From Flaccisagitta enflata (taxonomy: Eukaryota), in the NCBI GenBank assembly GCA_965153355.1, contig OZ231126.1, positions 25,792,001-25,856,000 on the forward strand: 64,000 nt of DNA. The letters run 5' to 3'. A program made the position numbers and the translations under genes. Below, one piece after another: positions 54,835 to 64,000 of this stretch (position 1 is its first letter; each line of letters begins with the position of its first letter). The notes below the pieces were generated by a model. It saw only the letters and a program-made list of their open reading frames with translations, made no database searches and was not told the origin of the DNA.

Positions 54835-56046
54835 CGAAGTCCTGTAGAACACACGGGGAATCTGTCCGTCCATCCCTCCGTATGAACGTCCGTCCCCCTA
54901 CCCCATCTTCAGGGGTTCGTCTCCTTTAGAGCCCAAATCCAAGCAAAATGGCCTAAATCCAAGCAAAATGGCCCAAATCTGCCTAGAAGAATTGAACTCT
55001 GGTCTGAGTTCCATCATTTTAGCCCCTAAAACCAAGATTCTGACTTCTGATACCCAGATTCTGGCCTCTAAAACCTAAACCCTAACCTTAGAAACCCAGA
55101 TCTTGATCACTGGGACCCATATTCTGGCCTCTGTGTCCTAGGTTCTGGCCTTAAGAGCCTAAATCCGGGCCTCAGAAACTCGAATCCTGGCCAGAGAGAC
55201 TCTCAGACTCTCAGACTCACAGAAATTCTGGCCTCTGAGACTAAGAAACTGGTCTCTGAGGCCCAGATTCTGGCCTCAGGGACCCAGATCCTAGACTACT
55301 CCCCCCTCAACTTAACCAACAAACTACTCAAGGAGGGCGTGGGTACCATTGTCCATATACTGCTTTTTGGGCAGCGGCCCTGAAATACCAATGTCCTGTA
55401 GGAGACAGGGGTGAATTTCCAGACGTCCGTCTGTACGTCCGTCTGTACGTTTGTCCATACCTCCCCCCGCCAGAGCTTTTGAGCCTCATGTTCTCATTGA
55501 ATAACATGGAAAATTGAAGAAATGCAAAATTCCCATTGAATAACATGGAAAATTGATAAAGAAATGAAAAAAAATATGAAATTCCCATTGAATGATATGG
55601 AAAATTTACTAGAGGTTAAGAATACGGGAAATCCCTATTGAATAACATGGAAAATTGACAAAATTTTGAAAAAGATGCAAAATTTATGTTGAATGACATA
55701 GAAAATTGAAAATGAAATGGAAAAAAAAATCAATATTCTCATTGAATAACAAAGAAAGTAGCCCCAAAGGCCTCAAATGTGCCTTCTCAGGACGTCTGGA
55801 AATTCACCCCTGTGTCCTACAGGACATTGGCCCTTTGTGGCAGCTGCCCTGCTCTCACTCCACCTCTGCAGCAAATCACTCCAAGCAGGGCATCGGGTAC
55901 CGCTGACCATGTGCGATCCTTGGATGACTAGTTGTCATTTCTCCATGTTATTCAATGAGATCTTGGATAACATGGCATCCTGGACAGAGGGATGGCAGAC
56001 ATACTACTCAAGCAGGACACGGGTACCGCTGCCTTTGGGCTGCTAT
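54835..56046 (+). mobile_element. 5'-truncated family A element containing another family A element
   Basis: Colinear with 32290-33036 on both sides of the 55369-55931 insert. Confidence 0.8.
55369..55931 (+). mobile_element. Family A element (CTAG-ending subfamily) nested in family A
   Basis: tttt-gggcagcggccc ... gatccttggatgaCTAG-tt, with internal cattgaataacatggaaaatt tandem repeats. Confidence 0.85.
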
Positions 56047-56987
56047 TAGCCTTTCCATCAGTGTTCAGATCACTAAGACGCAAGTTGAGTTGCCCACCTA
56101 TTCGTGCATACGGTTTTGCTTCAGAGGGGAAACCTTGGGGGAATTTTAGCTTCTACCATTGTTAGTTTCAGCGTCATCTTGGAAGGCTTAGATTCGTTCC
56201 TTGGGCAGGTTAGTTCGTCGATTTGCTGAATAATTCACCCAAGATTTGCATCTCGATGCACTTGCTTCCCCTGGGACAATATTCAAATAAGATTGGAAGG
56301 AAAAGAAGAAGAAGGAGTAGGGAAAGAGTGACTGAAGCTGCCTTTTTTCAAAAAGAAACATACAGCCAAAAAGTTTTTATATGGACTTAAAATTCATCCT
56401 TCATAGGTGGGTATGCCTCAATGTTTATAATCTTTCATTCGCCAATCGAAGCATTCACAAAGCTATTCACGGGTACTAGATTCATGACATAGACAAATGA
56501 AAAAGACAACACGCGCAGTTCGGCTGCACAAGAAAGATACACACAGTAAGAAAGACATCTTGGCTGAAAGATAGGCGTAAGAATATGATCAGGCGGATAG
56601 ACCGACGAAGATGCAAATTGGAAAGCAGACATAAAAGCAAAAAAAAAAAAAACACCCATACACAGAGCCTTTAAATTCTTTCTCTGTCTGCTCTTCCCTC
56701 TTTTCGACTTCACTCGGTTTTCTTTTATGCCTCCCAGTTTTTAATTTCATGGTGTGGTAATTTTTGTATCTCATTTCCATTTAATTTGCTAATTTTCTCG
56801 CTTTGAGGCTCTGAGGCATGCGCCCCCTTTTCAACGCTGGATTTCATTCAGTTTGGGTGGGTTCTATGAAGGGCAAACAGGGTTCATTTGGAAAAGGGAA
56901 AGTTATTGTCACTTATGATGCATTTATGGCTCAAACATACATTGGTTACCACAATGAATTTTGAAGTGTTTTTTTTTCAGTTGCGGT

Positions 56988-57210
<223 letters not shown>

Positions 57211-57317
57211 TGAATATGAATGAAGCTCTCCTTGATCCAAGTTTTCCAGTTCTTCAGGTTCACCTTCATCACGTCGACCCACACGCTTTCAAACCGCAAT
57301 TTAGACCTGCACAAAGA

Positions 57318-57425
<108 letters not shown>

Positions 57426-57909
57426 CAAAGAAAAAAAGAGACAAAGAGACAAAGAGACAAAGAGACAAAATGACAAAGAGACAAAATGACAAAGAGACAA
57501 AATGACAAAGCGATAGAGAGATAGAGAAAGAGACAGAGCTGTTCTAAAGAAATGACGGCAGTTTCTGTGTCAGGAAAACATATGTCATAGTGACATAGTG
57601 ATAAAATGACATAGTGACAATGCGACATAGTTACGCACTTATTCGATGTTACAATGAGTCAATGACAGCTTGAAAGATAGACAGACGACAAGACAAACAA
57701 GCAGGCAGATTTGAGGAGAAGGATGAATGACGAGAGCATAGACAGGCCGAGAGATAGACAATAAACCAGGCCGAAAGATAGACAGGAAGACAGAAGGGTA
57801 AAGATTCAGAGTGAGAAAGAAACCAGTTTTGCATTTTTATGATGATTTTGAACTTTTAGCCTTGACGTGTGCGAAGGCGCGGAGACCTGGAGAGAAGAAA
57901 GAAAATATA

Positions 57910-58130
57910 GAGGATGAAGAAAATGAAGCGGATGATGAAGATGAAGAGGATGAAAAAGATGAAGAAGATGAAAAAAAATGAAGAAAATGAAGAGGATGAA
58001 GGAAATGAAGCGGATGAAGAAGATGAAGCGGATGAAGAAGATGAAGAGGATGAAGAAGATGAAGAGGATGAAGAAAATGAGGAGAATGAAGAGGATGAAG
58101 AAAATGAAGAAACTGAAAAGAATGAATAGG
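57910..58130. repeat. GATGAAGAA-type 9/18-bp low-complexity repeat
   Basis: Directly visible. Confidence 0.85.
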
Positions 58131-58746
58131 ACGGAGAAAATGAGGAGAATAAAAGAGGAATAAGATGAACAATAAGAAGCCAATGCAGAAAAAGATAGAT
58201 GAAGATAATCGTGAAAATCCTTCAGTGAGAGAGTGCAACGGGGGAAGCGCCTGAAAGCTAAATTATTCCAGTGGCCTGATGTCTAAAAATGATTTTGGCC
58301 TGAGTGCTAAAAAAAAATTTAGACTTGAGGCCAATTTGAAACTGAAAGCATCAGCATAGTTTGAAAATCTAAATGCGCCTAACAGCTAAAAAGTAAGCGC
58401 CTGAAGTCTAAAAAAGAAGAAGGCATTGAGAAACAGATATGAAAAACAGATATGAGTAACAGAGATGGATGGATTGATAGACCAAGGGAGCATCAGACAA
58501 ATAAGAGGACAAAATGTCTGATGATTATTAGTCCACAATAAAAACACATAAGAAATCATAAAGTGCAGTAAATGGTAGGGCATGCACAAGTAATAGAAAA
58601 TTTAAAGGAAATCAATTTACAAATGGAATATCAAATAAGTTACTGTTTATTGATATACAGTATGTTTTTTGCAATGCAACGTATCTTTGCTTCTGAGCAT
58701 CATAGCAAGATGCGGATTGTACCATTGGATAGAGCACGATAAATAA

Positions 58747-59093
58747 TTTTTAGTCGCGTGCACGCGACTCAACAACCCTCTTTGTCCGTCAGTTGGTTGG
58801 TTGGTCGGTCAGTTGATCATACTTTTTTATCACTTTTATTTCTTTCAGTCATTTATAGTCCTTCAAAGTAAATTTAGGGTATTCTAAGTCGTTCTAAGTC
58901 ATTTTAAGTCTTAAAGTTATTTAGAGTCATTTTAAGTCATTTTTTGTCATTAGGTTATTTTGTCATTTTAAGTCTTTTTAGGTTGTTTTAAGATATTCTA
59001 TGTCATTCCAAGTCGTTCTCAGGCATTCTAAGACATTCTATGTCATTCTAAGTCAGTAGGTTTTGCACAGGACTTGTAGGTGTTGGCCTTGTT
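58747..59093 (+). mobile_element. Family B element with internal (gtcattttaa)-like repeats
   Basis: tttagtcgcgtgcacgcgact ... ggtgttggccttgttt. Confidence 0.8.
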
Positions 59094-59564
59094 TTTCTTG
59101 AAAATAGTTGTCTGATTCAAACTCTTTAAAAAATAAGAAGGTTCAATTGATCATATGAGCAACATTCAAGCCTTCAAGGGGTTTTCCTGTGATTATCTGC
59201 TATTAATACATGCCCGTCTATAATGTATACTAGTTACTGTCCTTTAAGAGACTTTGTAATCTTTTTTAAATTAAAAAAAGGCAGTAAGGCAGCTTCACTA
59301 AAAGGCATAAAATTGCATAGTCTCTTGAAATTCCCTCTAATGAAGCCCAACTGTACTGTATATTTAAAGAATAGCATCAGCAAATAAAACATGTGTAAAA
59401 AATGAAACTTGATTTGTTTATTGTTTCAAATGGGGCTTTAGACCTTTTCCATTCCTCTTCCTTACTCTTTTTTTAGAACTTAGGCCAATCACTGATACAA
59501 ATTCTAGAAGTTTGGCCACTTTTTCTCACAAAATAAAATGCTTCAAAATTAGCTGCAAAGCTAA

Positions 59565-59732
59565 AACAAGGCCGGATACACAGCAGGACAGTTACGGACG
59601 GTTGGGCAGGAGCAGTAGAGCAAAAACCGCCCGGAATTCAAAAATGTGACGGACGGACCGACAGACGGACCTACCGACCTACCGACCTACCAACCGACAT
59701 GGCAAGGTGTAAAGTTGCGTGTCCGCGACTAA
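59565..59732 (-). mobile_element. Family B element
   Basis: aacaaggccggatacac ... agttgcgtgtccgcgactaa. Confidence 0.8.
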
Positions 59733-59852
59733 GAATATTTTAGCTCTCAGGCCAATCTGTCATAAAGAATTTTTAGCTGTTGGGCGCTTTAGCTGTGGGG
59801 AGATACACCCGAGTGCAACACTTTTAGATTAAGATGTGAATTTTACGTATCA

Positions 59853-59989
59853 AACAAGGCCGTATACTTTACACAGACTCTCATTGCGAACTGGTGGCCA
59901 GGGGCAGTTTAACAGTGAACTGGTCTCTCTCTCTAATAGTTACCGACCGACTAACACAGCAACGTAAAGAGACACGTGTCCGCGACTAA
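59853..59989 (-). mobile_element. Family B element, degenerate
   Basis: aacaaggccgtatac ... cacgtgtccgcgactaa. Confidence 0.6.
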
Positions 59990-60090
59990 TGACTAATGCA
60001 AGACGAAGAAAGGTACAATCACATGATGTTGCTCGGCTGCGGTGACCAACAGTATCTGATGGTGGACACCTTGGTCCAATATAGACCGAA

Positions 60091-60453
60091 CAGGTCGCCC
60101 AAGGGCAATATGTGGTCAGCGATACCCGTTGCCCTGCTTTACGTGGTTGTAAATCAGAATGAGAGGAAGCAGGGCAGCGGCCCCGAAGGGGGGTCAGTTC
60201 GTTAGTCCCCCAGGCCCTCTCAGGCCTGAAATCTGCCCTCTCAGGCCTGAAATCTGCCCTCTCAGGCCTTGAATCTGTCCTCTCAGGCCTTAAATCCGCC
60301 CACGCAGATTCAAGGCCTGAGAGGGCAGATTTCTGGCCTGAGAGGGCAGATTTCAGGCCTGAGAGGGCCTGGGGGGACTAACAAACTGACGAACGGACGA
60401 ACAGAAGTCCCCCTGTATTCTACAGGACTTTGTCCCCTTCGGGGCCGCTGCCC
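60091..60453 (-). mobile_element. Family A element
   Basis: Reverse-complement relative of 20860-21335. The 21-bp repeats switch orientation in the middle. Confidence 0.85.
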
Positions 60454-60893
60454 AAAAACGGGACCAATTCGCCACAGCTACAACAAGCGGTATGCTTCGA
60501 TTTCTTCACACTTCTCGAGTAATTAACCGCTAGGAAGCGTACGGGACTCGACCGTACCCTACGGCGTAGGCCCGGGGCCCAAATGCCGCTTCAATGGTAG
60601 ACACTGTCTAACGTGCACCGCGAATAGCTGCGCTCCATTTGCTCGTACCATTTCACTAGAATGGAATTTGTTTTGCAATATTTTGAACTCTGAATCCTTT
60701 ACAAAACACTTTCTAAATTCTGTAGCAAACATTTGCTCCGTGAATGATGTTCAACTATGTTCCTAATATGATGAATATCGACAATATCATCCTTGAAACA
60801 AGCTTTCGTAACAATAAAATCCTTTACGTTGATTCATCGCTTATTGACAGGTCAAAACGAAATTGATGACAATATGCAAATCAGTGTGTGTGT

Positions 60894-60993
<100 letters not shown>

Positions 60994-61344
60994 AGAGAAC
61001 TGGCAAATCTACTTACACATTGATAGATTGAATCACCAACAACAGACAAAGTTTCGACACAGTAAACATGACTAACTATTAACGAATACAAAAACATGTT
61101 TCAAAGCTGTGTAAGATAACATGAATTTTTAGTTTTTTCTTCTTTTCCTTTTCATCTTCTGTCTCCGGCTTTTAAGCCTCGTATGCTCATACTACCGTCA
61201 CTGTTTTTTCTTCTGAAATTCTCGTCCTCCCTTCCTCCACCTCCGTCACCCACTCCACCCTTTGAGCCGACATGTTAAATGGAGCAAAAAGCGGCAAACA
61301 AAAACAAGGGATTTTTGTGGCAAAAACAAGTCTCGTAAAGGGTG

Positions 61345-61458
<114 letters not shown>

Positions 61459-62053
61459 GAGAGAGAGAGAGAGAGACAGAGAGAGAGAGACAGAGAGATT
61501 CCCAGGTTTGACGTTGGTTACGGTTTGGATATTGCATATATATGTGAGATGCTAAGGGGACAAGGGGCGGAGGGGGGGATATGGGGATAGGGCGATGCGC
61601 GAGGGTTGGGGGGGGGGTGAGTTGGACTAAGTCTAAACCATGGCAAAGAGATTTGAGATAGCGCTCGTGAGAGATCAACCAAAACACCAGCGGTTGTTTT
61701 TGTTGCGGATTGCGACATGTTTTTTAGCAAATTCACTCCAGTTGTAGGAATGTGTTAGTTCCTTTTGCAGGGCAATTTCAAAGCACTCATGCTTTTTGCG
61801 TACCATGATGATGCTTTTCGGTCTTCGTTGACAGAAATTGGCGAGTGGCAGTGAATCAAGAAAAGATTCATTTCTAGTCGCCATCACCGGACTCTATGCG
61901 TTGCTGTGTCGGTCAGTCGTTCAGTCGTTCTATCAGTCTCTCAGTTTTTCCGTCAGTAAGTCTGTCGGTTGATAATACTTTTGCCCTGCTTTGTATTTGG
62001 TTTGTTTATTTCCAAGCAACTGAACAATTTTTAGTCGCGTGATCGCGACTCTA

Positions 62054-62669
62054 CTACCTTGCTCATATGTTTATCACCTCACTTATTGAACAATATCTCC
62101 ATTTCAAATGATAATTTTTAAGAAAAATCTGTGATATTCTGAAAGTAAAACAAATTTTTCGATTGAATGCCGCAAACCGCGCTAAATTATCTCTAAGCGT
62201 TTAGAAATGACATGCAAAACAAAATTGCTTCTTCAATTCAAAATGGCGAAATTGGATTCAACCAATTTTCCAACGTTCTCTCTTTAAAACTGGAAGCATT
62301 ATGCAGAATTTTTTTCATTATAGTTGGTATTCCTTTTTAATTTTTTTGTACTTTGAACAATGGGACGTGCAAGTAAAGAGATTTTGGTCAATATAGGGCT
62401 CAATTGTCACTCTTAGAGACAAGAGCCTGATTCACAATTACTCAACCATCTGGTGCGGTACTGAAAAGGATCGCCCTTATGGCCTGTAGGAAGATCATGC
62501 CATCCTACTTCAAATCTCTTTACGCAAGTATGCCGAGGCTAATGAAGGCAGTGGTTGATGCTCAAGGTTGTCACAATAAGTATTGAATATGTTCCTTACA
62601 TGTATTTGTCCTATTTATCGAATAAATCAACTCATTCTCAAAAAGGTGATAAACTTTTGAGCTAGATAG
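62054..62669 (+). mobile_element. Internally deleted, degenerate Tc1 transposon
   Basis: TA-ctaccttgctcatatgtttatcacct ... aggtgataaacttttgagctagatag-TA, carrying a transposase tail. Confidence 0.85.
62461..62586 (+). pseudogene. Tc1 transposase extreme C-terminal remnant
   Basis: Manual translation LKRIALMACRKIMPSYFKSLYASMPRLMKAVVDAQGCHNKY* aligns with the 45505 fragment. Confidence 0.85.
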
Positions 62670-62992
62670 TATGACCCAATTTGTCCATCTGTCGGTCCGT
62701 CCGTCGGTCCGTTTGTCAGTCCGTCACGCTTAACTTTTTTTCGCCGTTTTACGTCGTTTTAAGTCATTTTAGATTTTATCTTTTAGTCTTGACGACCGCA
62801 CGCGACTTAGAGGTGTTGGCCTTGTTTATCCGTTAAATGCAGGACGACTTGGCCTCCTAGTCTAGCTTGTCTACTGATTGGGCAGACATATCACAATCAA
62901 AGTGTCCATTGCATATACATGGGAGCACCGCTAGACCGCACCCGCTAATAGGACATGTGAACCTGTAATAAAATACATTCATTTTTCATTCC

Positions 62993-63212
62993 AACAAGGC
63001 CAGATACACGGCTATCCCAGTCGCGTGCGGGTGGGCAGGGGCTGTATTTGAGGTTACTGGATCAATTGGGCAGGAGCAGTGAGGCTATAGACCGCTAAAA
63101 CACAAAAAAAAGTAAAGTGTGACGGACGGACCAACTGACGTACTGATGGACCGACAGACCGACGGACGGACCAACAAAGCGGGGTGTAGAGTCGCGTAGC
63201 ACGCGACTAAAA
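62993..63212 (-). mobile_element. Family B element
   Basis: Close copy of 33417-33603 and 1378-1582. Confidence 0.88.
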
Positions 63213-63445
63213 AAATGATTATCTAGTGATTTCTATGTTGGCAATAAGGCAGCTTCACTATAAGGCAGAATTTTGCTCAGTCCTTAATCCCTTGACAAGC
63301 GCTTTAGTGAAGCCTAACTGTATTTCCATCGTGATTCTTGATCGTAATCATTGATAAAGTATTTCCTTCATTGACAGTCTATCTGATGTTGTTTGTCTGT
63401 CTGCCTGTCTATCTGTCTGTCTGTCTATCTGTCTGACTTTCCCAT

Positions 63446-63578
<133 letters not shown>

Positions 63579-63902
63579 TTTCTTTTCTTCCGCTCTCACG
63601 TTGTTCTGCACTTTCCAAATCTCTTGAGAATAAATGAAAGATGTCTCTCTTTGTTTGCCGTACAACATGGAGAAAGAGGTAGAGGAGGAGGAGGAGAAGG
63701 AGGAGGTGACGGAGGCTAAGAAGGAGGAAGGTGAAAAGCAATAGATCAAACTGACAGACAGCTGGAAGATGAGAAAAACCTTTTCTCTCACCTTCATATC
63801 AGACGAGTCTTACTTGAGCGTACAATGTGTGTGAGCTTGTGTGCATGTGTGTGCGTGTTTGTATATGTGTGGGTCTCTCTCTCTCTCTTACTCTCTCTCT
63901 TT

Positions 63903-63964
<62 letters not shown>

Positions 63965-64000
63965 ATGCGTCTTTTGAATCATTATTACAAGATGCATCCT

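Larger units (their letters stand above)
58240..59810. mobile_element. Mutator-like (MULE) non-autonomous element with nested insertions
   Basis: 9-bp direct repeat gagtgcaac (58231-39, 59811-19), GGG...CCC termini, and inverted subterminal motifs (ggcctgagtgctaaaa / ttttagctctcaggcc). Confidence 0.65.
62028..62826 (+). mobile_element. Family B element interrupted by a Tc1 derivative
   Basis: tttagtcgcgtgatcgcgactcTA[insert]tgaccc ... gcacgcgacttagaggtgttggccttgtt. Confidence 0.82.

Noticed and set aside
57806-58238. Acidic or hydrophobic ORFs
   Set aside because: Low-complexity GATGAAGAA repeat with frame-breaking irregularities.

Overview
Eukaryotic, AT-rich, extremely microsatellite-dense intronic or intergenic DNA. 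It is probably from an invertebrate, most likely an arthropod such as a crustacean, inferred from repeat content only. No intact protein-coding gene is supported, and almost all listed ORFs are translations of simple repeats. The window is dominated by nested non-autonomous transposons. (i) Two dispersed families, A (about 9 copies) and B (about 15 copies), have Helentron/HINE (DINE-1-like) architecture: T-run insertion, subterminal inverted repeats, GTCC/GTCG microsatellites and a 3' hairpin, with compensatory changes between subfamilies. (ii) Many TA-flanked TIR elements are present, two of which keep the C-terminus of a Tc1 transposase. (iii) There are also hAT-like (8-bp TSD) and Mutator-like (9-bp TSD) elements. 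The most notable non-repeat signals are an intronless, multiply disrupted minus-strand gene at about 28.0-29.4 kb and a dense cluster of nuclear-receptor AGGTCA half-sites at about 36.25-36.32 kb. The disrupted gene reconstructs as a type-I membrane protein: two Ig-like domains, each preceded by a furin-type basic site, then a mucin-like stalk and a TM helix. It may be an endogenous viral gene or a retrocopy. All calls are by eye, and no database search was run.
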